Shown: positions 48,638 to 58,127 of the stretch, piece by piece
Position numbering within the stretch: the first letter of the stretch is position 1
How the letters are laid out: each line of letters opens with the position of its first letter
Source: Vicinamibacterales bacterium
Lineage (GTDB): Bacteria > Acidobacteriota > Vicinamibacteria > Vicinamibacterales > UBA8438
NCBI GenBank assembly: GCA_965222265.1
Contig: CBDCTP010000003.1
Span: 2,246,280 to 2,310,279 of the forward strand
DNA: 64,000 nt
Direction of reading: 5' to 3'
The notes under the pieces: generated by a model
Told to the model about the DNA's origin: nothing
Seen by the model: the letters and a program-made list of their open reading frames with translations, nothing else
Databases searched by the model: none
Program-made: the position numbers and the translations under genes

Positions 48638-49375
48638 ATGATAGCACCGCCGGACCGGGGCGCGCCCGGCCCGGGGGGGCTTGCGCCCGGCGCCGTCCTG
48701 GCGTACATCATCCCCGTGCCCGCGCTCGCCGAGACCGGCCTGGAGGGGTTGCTGCAGCCGCTGTGGGACTACCTGGCGCTGTCGGACGCCCCGCGCCCGG
48801 CGGACGTGATCTTCGTGTTCGGCTCGGCGGACCGCGCCGTGCCGGCGCGCGCCGCCGCGCTCTACGCCGCGGGATACGCTCCCCGCCTACTGGTGAGCGG
48901 GAGCTTCGGCCGGCTGACGCGGGGGCGCTTCGATCGTCCCGAGGCGCACGTGTTCCGGGACCTGCTGGTCGCCGCCGGCGTCCCGCCGCCGGCGGTCGTC
49001 ACCGAGCCGGTGGCGGCCAACACCCTCGAGAACGTGCGGTTCGGCGTGGCCGCGCTCGCCGCTTGCGGCCACCGCCCGCGGTCCGCGCTGCTGGTGGCGA
49101 AGGGCTTCGCGATGCGGCGCTGCGTGGCGACGTTCGCGCAGCAGTTCCCGGCGGTGCGGGTGCACGCGTGTCCGCCGGGGCAGCCGCTGCCGTCCGCGGT
49201 CGACCGGAGCCTGCCCGCGTTCGCGGCGCGCCTGGTGGCCGAGCTCGAGCGTCTCGAGCGCTACGCGGCGCAGGGCGACGTCCGGCCGCAGCCGCTGCCG
49301 TCCGCGGTCGAGACGGCCGCGCGCCGCGTCACGGCCGCGCTGGCGGCGATGCGGCGCGCGTCGAATGCGCGGTGA
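48638..49375 (+). CDS. YdcF/ElyC (DUF218) family protein
   Basis: [59 protein letters not shown]. Start uncertain. Confidence 0.68.
   Translation: MIAPPDRGAPGPGGLAPGAVLAYIIPVPALAETGLEGLLQPLWDYLALSDAPRPADVIFVFGSADRAVPARAAALYAAGYAPRLLVSGSFGRLTRGRFDRPEAHVFRDLLVAAGVPPPAVVTEPVAANTLENVRFGVAALAACGHRPRSALLVAKGFAMRRCVATFAQQFPAVRVHACPPGQPLPSAVDRSLPAFAARLVAELERLERYAAQGDVRPQPLPSAVETAARRVTAALAAMRRASNAR
49180..49203 (+). repeat. 24-bp perfect direct repeat, copy 1 (inside the DUF218 gene)
   Basis: gcagccgctgccgtccgcggtcga, identical to 49288-49311. Confidence 0.95.
49288..49311 (+). repeat. 24-bp perfect direct repeat, copy 2 (108 bp downstream, in frame)
   Basis: gcagccgctgccgtccgcggtcga. Both copies encode QPLPSAV. 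Confidence 0.95.
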
Positions 49376-49437
49376 TATACTCCGCCGGTCTGTCCGGTTC
49401 GCCCCTTTCATCCGCCCACATCTTGCAGGAGGTTCTC

Positions 49438-50160
49438 ATGCGTGCGATGCTTCTGAGTCTCGTTCTCGTCCTGGCGGCGGCGCCGGCCGCGCTCGCCGAC
49501 AGCAGCCCCGTCGACATCACCAGCGCCGACGGCACGGTGCTCAAGGGCAGCTACTACGATCCGGGGCAGCCCGGACCCGGCTTGCTGCTGGTGCACCAGT
49601 GCAACATGGACCGCACCTCGTGGGAGAGCCTCGCCGGCAGCCTCTCGGCGGCCGGCGTCCACGTGCTGACGTTCGATCTGCGCGGCTTCGGCGAGACGCC
49701 GGGCGAGGGGCTCGTCTCACCCGACTCGTTTCCGCGCCTGATGCAGCAGTCGCCGCCGGACGTCGACGCGGCCTACGCGTACCTGCTGGCGCAGGACGGC
49801 GTCGACGCGGCCCGCACCGGCGTGGGCGGCGCGAGCTGCGGCGTGGCGCTGACCTCGGACCTCGCGACGCGGAATCCCGACGTCCAGGCGTTCCTGGCGC
49901 TGTCCGGCTTCCCCAGCGAGGCGGCCCGGGAGCATATCGCCATGACGCCCGGGCTGGCGGTGTTCGGCGCGGCCGCCGATGCCGATGACCTGACGCCCGG
50001 CGTGCACGAGGTGATCAAGGCCGCGGTCGAGGGCTCGAAGAACGAGCAGTCGATGGCCAAGATCTACGGCGGGACCGAGCACGGGCTGCCGATGTTCGGG
50101 AAGAACCCCGATCTCGAGCCGGCCATCGTGTCCTGGCTCAAGGCGCAGCTGCTTCATTAG
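49438..50160 (+). CDS. secreted alpha/beta hydrolase (dienelactone-hydrolase-like)
   Basis: AGGAGG RBS, signal peptide, LLLVHQCN, nucleophile elbow GGASCG, and C-terminal GTEHG. Confidence 0.7.
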   Translation: MRAMLLSLVLVLAAAPAALADSSPVDITSADGTVLKGSYYDPGQPGPGLLLVHQCNMDRTSWESLAGSLSAAGVHVLTFDLRGFGETPGEGLVSPDSFPRLMQQSPPDVDAAYAYLLAQDGVDAARTGVGGASCGVALTSDLATRNPDVQAFLALSGFPSEAAREHIAMTPGLAVFGAAADADDLTPGVHEVIKAAVEGSKNEQSMAKIYGGTEHGLPMFGKNPDLEPAIVSWLKAQLLH

Positions 50161-50281
50161 ACGGGGCTGCGCCCCGAACCCCCGGCGTCCGCTTGCGGGG
50201 ACCCCTCTGCCCCGCGCCGCTCCCGCCGAGGCGCGCTGTGCGCGCCTTGCGGAGTCCGCGCGGGTCTACGGCGCGGGCTCC
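50152..50281 (-). repeat. structured intergenic repeat, copy G (full, with H0)
   Basis: gcttcattagacggggctgcgccccgaac...ccttgcggagtccgcgc-gggtctacg-gcgcgggctcc. It contains the stop codons of both convergent genes (TAG 50158-50160; CTA 50266-50268). Confidence 0.95.
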
Positions 50282-51669
50282 CGGCGGCGCGGCCTGACGA
50301 GGGCGGCGCCGCCGCAGGCGAGGGCGGCGCCGCCGAGGCCGCACATCGCCGGGGTCAGCCCGGCGATGCCGGCCCCGCCGGTCGCCACCTGGACGAGCGT
50401 CGCGAGCGCGATGCCGCCCGCCAGCGACGCCAGCGCCTCGGCCGCGGCCACGCGGCGCAGGTACAGCCCCGCCATGACCGGCACGAAGAGGCTGACGGTC
50501 AGCAGCGTGTAGAAGAAGCTCAGCACGCCGGCAATCGACTCCGCGGCGACCGCCAGCCCCGTGCCCAGCACGCCGCCGGCGACGGCGGCCAGCCGGGCCA
50601 CCCTGAGCACCTGGGCGTCGCTGGCCCCCGGCCGCACGAAGCGGCGGTAGAGATCCTGCGACAACGACGTCGCCAGCATGAAGAGAATGACGTCCGCGGA
50701 GCTCACCTCCGCCGAGAACAGCGCGGCCAGGCCCAGCGCGCCCACGAGCGGCGGGACGGCCTCCATCAGGAGCGTCGGCAGCGCCAGGTCCTGGTTGGCC
50801 AGCCCGGGATAGACCGACCGCGCGATCATCCCGAGCACGACCGGGGCGGCGGCGAACACCAGCAGCACGGCCGCCTGGATCCCGATGCCGGCGCGGACCG
50901 CCGCGTCGTCGCGAGCGGCGTAGACCTTCTGCAGCAGGCCCGGCGAGACGATGAACGCCGGTCCGAGCATGGCGAGGTAGAACCACCCCGAGCCGCCGCC
51001 GCGCCAGGGGTTCCAATAGCCCTCGATGTCGCGCGTCGTCTCCACGACGTGTCCCCAGCCGCCGACGTCCGCGAGCGCGAGCGGCAGGACGACGGCGAAG
51101 CCGACCAGCAGGATCGCGAGCTGCGCGACGTTGACCCAGACGGCGGTCAGCAGGCCGCCCGCGCTGAAGTAGACGGTGGCGACGAGGCCGCCCAGCACGC
51201 ACCCCACCCAGCGGTCGAGCCCGGTCACCACGTTGAGCACCCAGCCGATCGCCAGCAGTTGGCCCGCGAGAATGGCCAGCGTGCCGATCCACAGCAGCGC
51301 GGCGACCACCGCCCGGACGGCCCGACCGTAGCGCTGCTCCAGGAAGTCGCCCACGGTGTTGAGGTCGTGCTGCGCGGCGAGCCGGCGGACCCGGGGCCCG
51401 ATCCACAGCGCCAGGAAGATCGATCCGAGCCCGGCCGACCCGACCCACCACCACGCGCTGAGGCCGTCCCGATAGCCGAGCGCGGCGGCGTTCACGGTCG
51501 ATCCCGCGCCGATGTTCGAGGCCAGGATCGTGGCGAACAGGACGAACGGACCCAGCCGGCGTCCGGCGACGAAGAAGTCGCGCGCGAGCCGCACGCGCCG
51601 GCCGGCCCAGAGGCCGAAGCCCATCAGCAGGACCGCGTAGACCACGAGCACCGCGAGGTGGAGGTTCAT
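50266..51669 (-). CDS. sodium:solute symporter (SSS) family transporter
   Basis: DFFVAGRRLGPFVLFATILASNIGAGSTVNAAALGY followed by 13-14 TM segments. The ATG overlaps the upstream stop (ATGA). Confidence 0.85.
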   Translation of the reverse strand: MNLHLAVLVVYAVLLMGFGLWAGRRVRLARDFFVAGRRLGPFVLFATILASNIGAGSTVNAAALGYRDGLSAWWWVGSAGLGSIFLALWIGPRVRRLAAQHDLNTVGDFLEQRYGRAVRAVVAALLWIGTLAILAGQLLAIGWVLNVVTGLDRWVGCVLGGLVATVYFSAGGLLTAVWVNVAQLAILLVGFAVVLPLALADVGGWGHVVETTRDIEGYWNPWRGGGSGWFYLAMLGPAFIVSPGLLQKVYAARDDAAVRAGIGIQAAVLLVFAAAPVVLGMIARSVYPGLANQDLALPTLLMEAVPPLVGALGLAALFSAEVSSADVILFMLATSLSQDLYRRFVRPGASDAQVLRVARLAAVAGGVLGTGLAVAAESIAGVLSFFYTLLTVSLFVPVMAGLYLRRVAAAEALASLAGGIALATLVQVATGGAGIAGLTPAMCGLGGAALACGGAALVRPRRREPAP

Positions 51670-52925
51670 GACTGCTGCGCGGCCGGCGCCGCACCGATCG
51701 CCGCGTCGTCCGCCGGCCCGTCGTCGTCGGCCGGTTCGTCGCGGGGCGCGAGGACGGCTCCCAGGAACCGCTCCACCGCGAACGTGGCGACCTGCCCGCA
51801 CGGCCCGCTGAAGATGTAGTCGCAACCGTGGGTGGCCCAGGGGAGCCGCACCACGGCGTGCGGCACGCCCGCGGCGATCAGCCGCGCGCTGACGAACTCC
51901 GCGTGGAACGGCGACACGTGCTCGTCCCGCAGGCCCTGGATGAACAGCGTGGGCGGCGTTGCCGGCGAGACGAAGCGCGCCGGCTCGGCCGCGAGGTACC
52001 GGTCGCCGTGCGTGGCGGGCGGTCCGCCGAGATACGTCTCGAGCAGCCCGGACGAGTCGACCACGCCCGGCTTGGCGGGGTTCTCGTAGCCCCACCGCAG
52101 GGCGAACGGCCCGTAGAGCGAGACCGCGCCGCGAATGGCCGGGTCGCCCGCCGTGTAGGCGGCCAGGAGCGCGACCTGGGCGCCGGCGGACCGCCCCAGC
52201 AGTACGATCCGCTCGGGGTCGAGGCTGTGCGAGTGGGCGAGACCCTGCACGTACCGCATGGCGGCCGCCAGGTCCTCCTGCGCGGCCGGGAACTGCCAGC
52301 GGGGCGCGAGCCGGTAGGCGATGCTCGCCACGACGTAGCCCCGCGACGCCAGGTACTCGTTGAGCTCCGGCAGGTCGCGCTTGTCGCCGCTGACCCAACC
52401 GCCCCCGTGGACCGCGATGACCACCGGCAGCGTCCCCGCGGCGAACGCCGGGCGGTAGAGGTCGAGCGTGAGGTTCTGGCCGTCCACGACGGTGTAGACG
52501 TGCTCGTCGACGATCACGTCGTCCGACGCGACGCCGGCCAGCAGGTCGGTGACGACCAGCGGCGCCGGCCGCAGCTCCCGGCCCGTCGCGGCGTGCGCCG
52601 GGGCGGGGCCGAACGCCCGCTCCAGCAGGGGCGGCAGGGTGTCGTTGAGCGGCAGGGCGCGGGCCAGCGGCGACAGGAGCAGGACGATGCCGGCCGCGGC
52701 CACGACGGCTCCCGCGGCGTCGGCCCGCGAGCGCCGCCCGCCCGGGAGCAGGAGCAGCGCCAGGGCGGCCAGCCAGTGGCCCCATTCGCTCAGGATGACG
52801 CTGGCCTGCCAGACGACGGCGGTCGGCTGCGGCAGCACCGCGATGAGCCCCGCCGCGGCGACCGACAGGCCGCAGATCAGCCGGCCGACCGCTCCCCCAC
52901 TCAGAGCGTTGCTCCCGGTCGTCAT
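51666..52925 (-). CDS. membrane-anchored alpha/beta hydrolase (esterase/lipase, fold-3 type)
   Basis: N-terminal TM helices, oxyanion HGGGW, nucleophile GRSAGA, and a C-terminal His region. Confidence 0.8.
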   Translation of the reverse strand: MTTGSNALSGGAVGRLICGLSVAAAGLIAVLPQPTAVVWQASVILSEWGHWLAALALLLLPGGRRSRADAAGAVVAAAGIVLLLSPLARALPLNDTLPPLLERAFGPAPAHAATGRELRPAPLVVTDLLAGVASDDVIVDEHVYTVVDGQNLTLDLYRPAFAAGTLPVVIAVHGGGWVSGDKRDLPELNEYLASRGYVVASIAYRLAPRWQFPAAQEDLAAAMRYVQGLAHSHSLDPERIVLLGRSAGAQVALLAAYTAGDPAIRGAVSLYGPFALRWGYENPAKPGVVDSSGLLETYLGGPPATHGDRYLAAEPARFVSPATPPTLFIQGLRDEHVSPFHAEFVSARLIAAGVPHAVVRLPWATHGCDYIFSGPCGQVATFAVERFLGAVLAPRDEPADDDGPADDAAIGAAPAAQQS

Positions 52926-53914
52926 CCAGCGTCCACCCCGAGCTCCCAGGGTAACCACTCGCCCCTTTCTTCGCGGGCGCCGGCCGGCGCGTGCACCGTC
53001 ACGGCCACGTCGGCCGTGGCGGAGAGCATGCGGTCGGTCGCCGTGGCGCGCAGCACGTACGTGCCCGGGCGCGCGAAGCGCGCCGTGGTGGTGGTCCGGC
53101 CGTTCTCCGCCGGGCTGTGCGCCGGCTGGAAGACCGCGCCGGCAGGACCGCGCCACACGATCCACGAGACCGACACCCCCTCGGGACGCGGGTCCGGCAG
53201 CCGCCGGGCGGTGGTGCGGTCCGGCGCGGCCGGCAGCTGCGGCAGGTTGACCGGCGACTCCACGGCGTCCGGACCGGGCAGCAGCGTCGGCGGCGTCTCC
53301 TGGCCGACGGCCAGCTCGCGCACCTCCCGCGGGCCGCCCGGCAGGCCGTCGTCGGTGACGTCGGCGGTCAGGGCGGCCGCGCCCGGCAGCGCGACGGGCG
53401 CCACGGCGGGCACCGCAAGCGACGGCGGCCGGTTGGGCGGATCGGTCTGCAGGAAGGCGATGCCGGCCGCCGGATCGTCGATCTCCCACTCGGGCTGCAG
53501 CCAGGCCACGGCCCGATCGGCCCGGCCGTGCGCGGTCACCGACCACGCCAGCTCCCGATCGCCCCAGTCGGCCGGCACGCTCACCCGGAACGCGAAGTTG
53601 TGGAAGCGGGGGTAGAACCAGGTCGGCTGCCCCTGATCGACGCCGCCCGACTCGAAGCGGTTGCCGGGCCCCAGCGGCACGTGCAGCGCCTCGACGTAGT
53701 TCCGGTTGAGGTAGCCGAAGTGCATGTCGAAGCCCCCGGCGGGGTTGCGCGACCAGCCGTGGAAGATCGGCTGGACGTTCTGGCCGCTGTTGTACTTGAG
53801 TATCCAGGGCAGGTGCTCGAGCTGCGCGCGCGCGGCGCCCGCGCCGCCGAGCAGGCAGGCCAGGGCGACCGCCGGGACGAGCGCGCGGCCGGCGCTCCTG
53901 AAGGTCCTCACCAC
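52922..53914 (-). CDS. hypothetical secreted protein with C-terminal Ig/PKD-like segment
   Basis: Signal peptide, protein-like composition (WILKYNSGQNVQPIFHGWSRNP...), and ATGA coupling on its downstream side. No family recognised. Confidence 0.55.
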   Translation of the reverse strand: MVRTFRSAGRALVPAVALACLLGGAGAARAQLEHLPWILKYNSGQNVQPIFHGWSRNPAGGFDMHFGYLNRNYVEALHVPLGPGNRFESGGVDQGQPTWFYPRFHNFAFRVSVPADWGDRELAWSVTAHGRADRAVAWLQPEWEIDDPAAGIAFLQTDPPNRPPSLAVPAVAPVALPGAAALTADVTDDGLPGGPREVRELAVGQETPPTLLPGPDAVESPVNLPQLPAAPDRTTARRLPDPRPEGVSVSWIVWRGPAGAVFQPAHSPAENGRTTTTARFARPGTYVLRATATDRMLSATADVAVTVHAPAGAREERGEWLPWELGVDAG

Positions 53915-53920
53915 GCCCTC

Positions 53921-55273
53921 CTACTGCTCCCCGGCGGTGGACGCCGCCTGCTCGCGGCGGGCCTTGCGCGCCGCGAGCTCCTGCTCGTACTCCGCGTCGG
54001 TCAGGTCGTACCAGCCGATCCAGGCGAACGCCATCTCGTCGATCGTGCGCCCCCGCCCGTTCCCCACCCAGTTGCCGGGGTCGGGGTTCGACCGGTTGGC
54101 CTCCGAGTTGTCGTGCCAGCTGATGATGTGCAGGATGGTCCCGGCGGGCACGAGCGGCGCCACCTCGTCCGCGTAGTTGTAGACGAGGTGCCAGTTGTAG
54201 TCGAAGTGGGCGCAGCTGACGACCTCGGTCTGCATCGGCGTGCTCGCGGTGGGGTAGATCAGCTCCAGGCACTGGTACCTGCCGAGCGCGTGCATATGCG
54301 GCTGGAACGCGGTGATGCGGGCCGCCTTGTTCATGAGGGTGTAGCCGTCGCGCCGCACCACCTGGCCGGCCGGGATGTCGAGGTCGGTGACGTGCTGGCC
54401 GAGCTGCTTCGACCAGCGGATGTGCTTCGGCCGCACGCCCTCGGGGTGGAAGACGATGCCCAGCTCCATCACGGCGTCGATCGCCTCGCCGACCGCGTGC
54501 AGGTGGTAGTCCAGCTTCATCTTCCTGCCGGCCTGCAGCAGCACGCCGGAGTCGTCCGGATAGACCTCCGCGTTCTTGCCCGAGGCGTACTCCATCAGGA
54601 AGTGCCCGCTCACCGACGGCATCTGCGTGAACTCGTCGACGTCGACCGCGAACGACAGGGCGTGGTGGATGACCTGCCGCGAGCCGTCCCCGACCGGCCG
54701 GTGCTGGATGGCGCGGATGTAGCGGTCGCCCTCGAGCTCCAGCGGCGAGTACACCGAGCCGAACAGGTCGGGTCCCTCGGCCGGCACCGGCATCGCCGGG
54801 TAGCGCACGACGAGGTCGGGCTGGCCGATCTGCCACGCCGCCGCATCCGGGAACTCGCGCGCGGGCGGCATGTCGGCCGGGTCGCCCCGCGGCGCGCCGG
54901 CGTCGACCCAGCGGGTCACCAGGGCGATCTCCTCGTCGCTCAGCGACGGATCGTTCTTGAACCGCTGCAGGCCGATGTGCCGGTCGATGTGCCACGGCGG
55001 CATCTCGCGCGCCACCACGCGGCTGCGGATGGACCGCGCCCACGGGCGCACCTCCTCGTAGGTGACGAGCGACATCGGCGCCATCTCGCCCGGGCGGTGA
55101 CAGACCTGGCACGAGCGCTGCAGGATCGGGACGATGTCCCGGGCGAACGTCACCCCGCCGTCGCCGGCCGCGACGGGTTGCGCGCCCGCGCCCGCCGGCG
55201 CCAGCGCCGCGGCGGTGAGCAAAGCCGGCACGAGTCGGCCGGCGGGCCGTGTCGGTGTGGGGGTCTTGGTCAT
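53921..55273 (-). CDS. heme-c domain fused to a copper type II ascorbate-dependent monooxygenase (PHM/DBH)-like domain
   Basis: Signal peptide and CQVCH heme-binding motif. Candidate Cu ligands VIHHALSF, DYHLHAV, FQPHMHALG and TIDEMAF occur in the order expected for PHM-like CuH/CuM sites. Confidence 0.62.
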   Translation of the reverse strand: MTKTPTPTRPAGRLVPALLTAAALAPAGAGAQPVAAGDGGVTFARDIVPILQRSCQVCHRPGEMAPMSLVTYEEVRPWARSIRSRVVAREMPPWHIDRHIGLQRFKNDPSLSDEEIALVTRWVDAGAPRGDPADMPPAREFPDAAAWQIGQPDLVVRYPAMPVPAEGPDLFGSVYSPLELEGDRYIRAIQHRPVGDGSRQVIHHALSFAVDVDEFTQMPSVSGHFLMEYASGKNAEVYPDDSGVLLQAGRKMKLDYHLHAVGEAIDAVMELGIVFHPEGVRPKHIRWSKQLGQHVTDLDIPAGQVVRRDGYTLMNKAARITAFQPHMHALGRYQCLELIYPTASTPMQTEVVSCAHFDYNWHLVYNYADEVAPLVPAGTILHIISWHDNSEANRSNPDPGNWVGNGRGRTIDEMAFAWIGWYDLTDAEYEQELAARKARREQAASTAGEQ

Positions 55274-55353
55274 CGTCTCGCTCCTGCGCCCGGAACCGGA
55301 ATCCAGGCGGCAATGTACCACAGCCGCGAGCCCGCGCGCGACGGGCCGCGGCC

Positions 55354-56511
55354 TCACTCGAGCAGCAGCTCCCGAATGCGGGCCAGCTCCGCGTCGTCGA
55401 TGTCCAGCTCGGTGCGGATGTAGCCCGGAACCCCGCCGTAGGTCGCGTCCAGGTAGGCGAGCGTGCTGAGAATGTAGGACGGGTCGGAGCGCAGCAGGGG
55501 GCGCATCAGGGTGGCCGGCAGCCCGCCCAGGGCCCGCTCCCCGGCCCGCTCCGCGCGGCCCCCTGCGGCGGCCGTCCGATCGGCCTCGTAGTCGACCACC
55601 CGCTCGCTGAGCGCGTAGTCCTGCACGACGATCTCGCGCGGCACGCCGAGGGCCGACAGGACGAGCGCGGCCGCGGTGCCCGCCCGGTCCTTGCCGGCGG
55701 AGCAGTTGAAGGCCAGCGGCAGCTCGCCGGCGGCCAGGCGGTGGAACAGGTCCCGGTACTTCGCCTTGTGCTCCTCGACGATGTTCGGGTAGAGCCGGGT
55801 CATGATGCGGGCGACGCTCTGCGGCGTCAGATGCGGGCGGGAGAGGAGCGAGCCCAGCCCCATGCCGCCGGGGTCGTCGGCGTCCGAGTAGCTCCAGGTG
55901 CGGTACTCGATCGTCGGCGCCGCCCGCCAGCGGGTCGGCCGCGCCGCCCGCTCCTCCTCGGAGCGGAAGTCGCAGACGACGCGGATGCCCACGGCGGAGA
56001 GGTACTCGTAGTCGGCGTCGGTGAGGTCGGTCATGAAGCCGGAGCGGAAGACCCGGCCCCACTTGACGCGCCGCCCGTCCCGCGTCGGGTAGCCGCCGAG
56101 GTCCCGGAAGTTGCGCCCCCCCTCGAGCGGCAGCACCCGGACGGCGACCCGCCGTCCCAGTCCCGCCCCGCCGCGCAGATAGAAGTACGGGCGCGTGCTG
56201 CCCCCCAGGTCGCGCACCACGTGGCGCCCGTCCCGGTCGGCGGTGGAGAGGACCGTCATCCGTCCGGGATCGGCCTCGGGGTCGCCGGCCAGCAGCACGT
56301 CCACCGGGCCGTCGGCCGTCCAGGTCAGCGTCACCGTCCCGCCGTCCCGGGTGGCCTCGACACGCTCGATGGCGGCGGCGCGCTGGCCGGTCCCGAGCGC
56401 CAGCAGGTGCGGCGCCGGGCCCGGCCACGACAGCCAGGCCGCGGCCATCAGGACCGCGGGCGAGACCGTCCGACGAGCGACCCGCACGAACGGATTGCCG
56501 GTGGTGGCCAT
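55354..56511 (-). CDS. protein tyrosine/serine phosphatase (Y_phosphatase3-like), secreted
   Basis: GAGGAGG RBS, NFRDLGGY, VFRSG, and CX5R P-loop NCSAGKDRAG. Confidence 0.8.
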   Translation of the reverse strand: MATTGNPFVRVARRTVSPAVLMAAAWLSWPGPAPHLLALGTGQRAAAIERVEATRDGGTVTLTWTADGPVDVLLAGDPEADPGRMTVLSTADRDGRHVVRDLGGSTRPYFYLRGGAGLGRRVAVRVLPLEGGRNFRDLGGYPTRDGRRVKWGRVFRSGFMTDLTDADYEYLSAVGIRVVCDFRSEEERAARPTRWRAAPTIEYRTWSYSDADDPGGMGLGSLLSRPHLTPQSVARIMTRLYPNIVEEHKAKYRDLFHRLAAGELPLAFNCSAGKDRAGTAAALVLSALGVPREIVVQDYALSERVVDYEADRTAAAGGRAERAGERALGGLPATLMRPLLRSDPSYILSTLAYLDATYGGVPGYIRTELDIDDAELARIRELLLE

Positions 56512-56577
56512 TGCGCCTCCTCGGATCCCGCGCTCCGGCGCGCGTTGCGAGCCGCACGCGCGCAGGGTTATGCAATC

Positions 56578-57183
56578 ATGACACCCATGCAAGCTGCCGC
56601 CGCGCCCCGGCCAGGACGAGCCGCTGGCGGCGCGAGGGCGCACGCCGCCCTGTTCTGTCTCGGCCTGTGGGTCATGGGCACGGTCTGGGTGAGCGCCGTC
56701 GCGACGCAGAACTTCTTCACGATCGATCGCCTGCTGGCCGGACCGAGCCACGAGGAGTTTACCGCCTTCGTGGAGACCGCCGGCCGCGAGACCGCCAGAA
56801 GCGTGTTGCGCTACCTGTCGTCCGAGCTGAACCGGCTGTTCTTCACCTGGTGGAACGTGGCGCAGCTCGGCATCGGCGCCGCGACCCTGTGGCTCGTCTG
56901 GCGCCTGCCGGACGCGCGCCGGCTGAAGCTGGCGCTGGCGGCGATGCTGCTGGTCGTGGCCGTGCTCGCGATCGGGCTGACCCCGCCGATCGTCGCCGTG
57001 GGCCGCAGCCTCGACTTCGTTCCCCGCGACCCGGCGCCGCCGGCCATGGCGACGTTCGGCCTGCTGCACGCCGCCTACACCACGCTCGAGCTGCTCAAGT
57101 GCGGTGCGGCGATGCTCGTGGCGGCCGGGCTGATCCGGCGGGGCCGGCTGCCGGCCGGCGCCGTTCAGCGCTCCGAGTACTGA
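56578..57183 (+). CDS. integral membrane protein (DUF4149-like)
   Basis: Four predicted TM helices. No catalytic motifs. Confidence 0.5.
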   Translation: MTPMQAAAAPRPGRAAGGARAHAALFCLGLWVMGTVWVSAVATQNFFTIDRLLAGPSHEEFTAFVETAGRETARSVLRYLSSELNRLFFTWWNVAQLGIGAATLWLVWRLPDARRLKLALAAMLLVVAVLAIGLTPPIVAVGRSLDFVPRDPAPPAMATFGLLHAAYTTLELLKCGAAMLVAAGLIRRGRLPAGAVQRSEY

Positions 57184-58100
57184 CTCACGTGCTCGACGAG
57201 CAACGCGGACAGCGCCTCGGACGCCAGCTCGGGGACCCAGTGGCTCACGCCCTCGAGGACCTCGAAGCGGTACGGCCCGGCGGCGTACTCCGCCGAGAGG
57301 ACGGCGCCGTCGACGCACAGCGCCGTGTCGCCGTCGCTCCACGTGAACATCGTGGGCACCTCGACGGGGCCGATGGCCGGCTGCTCGATGTTGCGGTTGC
57401 GGATGTTCGCGCGGTACCAGTTCAGGGCGGCGCCGAGGGCCGCCTGCGACCCGAGGACGCGCACGTACTCGTCGGCCGCGCCGGCTTCCAGCTCGGCGAA
57501 GAGCGCGCGCAGCAGGGCGTGATCGTTGGCGAGGAAGGCGTCCTCCGAGTGCGGCTGGACGAACACGTCGAAGTAGGACGAGGCGGCGACCTGGCACGAC
57601 GTCGGATCGCGCAGCACGCGGGCGAACGCGTCCGGGTGCGGCACCGACACCGGGTTGGCCGTGATGACGCGCTCGGGCGCGGCGACCGCCACGGCCCAGG
57701 CGACCACCGCGCCCCAGTCGTGGCCGGCGACGTGGAAGCGCCCGGCCCCGATGGCGTCGGCCAGGCCCAGCACGTCCTGCACGAGTAGCGGCAGCGCGTA
57801 GTCCGCGACGTCGGGCGGGCGGGCGCCGGGCGAGTAGCCGCGCTGGTCGGGCGCGACGGCGCGGAAGCCGGCCTCGCCGAGCGCCTGGAGCTGCTGGCGC
57901 CACTCGTAGGACGTCTGCGGAAATCCGTGCAGGAGGATCACGACCTCGCCGTCGTCCGGCCCGGCCAGGCGCACGTCGAACGTCAGGTCGCCGACCGCCA
58001 CCTGCGCGGTCGTGATCTCGCCGGCGGCGGCGGGCAGGGCGGGCGATGCGAGGAGTGCGGCGCAGGCGCAGGCGGTCAGCGGCAGCGAACGTGTCGGCAT
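57165..58100 (-). CDS. alpha/beta hydrolase, epoxide-hydrolase/haloalkane-dehalogenase-like
   Basis: Signal peptide, HGFPQTSYEWR, Asp-nucleophile elbow GHDWGA, and C-terminal SHW. Confidence 0.83.
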   Translation of the reverse strand: MPTRSLPLTACACAALLASPALPAAAGEITTAQVAVGDLTFDVRLAGPDDGEVVILLHGFPQTSYEWRQQLQALGEAGFRAVAPDQRGYSPGARPPDVADYALPLLVQDVLGLADAIGAGRFHVAGHDWGAVVAWAVAVAAPERVITANPVSVPHPDAFARVLRDPTSCQVAASSYFDVFVQPHSEDAFLANDHALLRALFAELEAGAADEYVRVLGSQAALGAALNWYRANIRNRNIEQPAIGPVEVPTMFTWSDGDTALCVDGAVLSAEYAAGPYRFEVLEGVSHWVPELASEALSALLVEHVSQYSER

Positions 58101-58127
58101 GTGGTCTACCCTTTCCCTCGACCGATT

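Noticed and set aside
57165-57183. 19-bp overlap of the convergent genes 56578..57183 (+) and 57165..58100 (-).
   Set aside because: Short convergent 3' overlaps are common in compact high-G+C genomes. I found nothing further to support a regulatory role.
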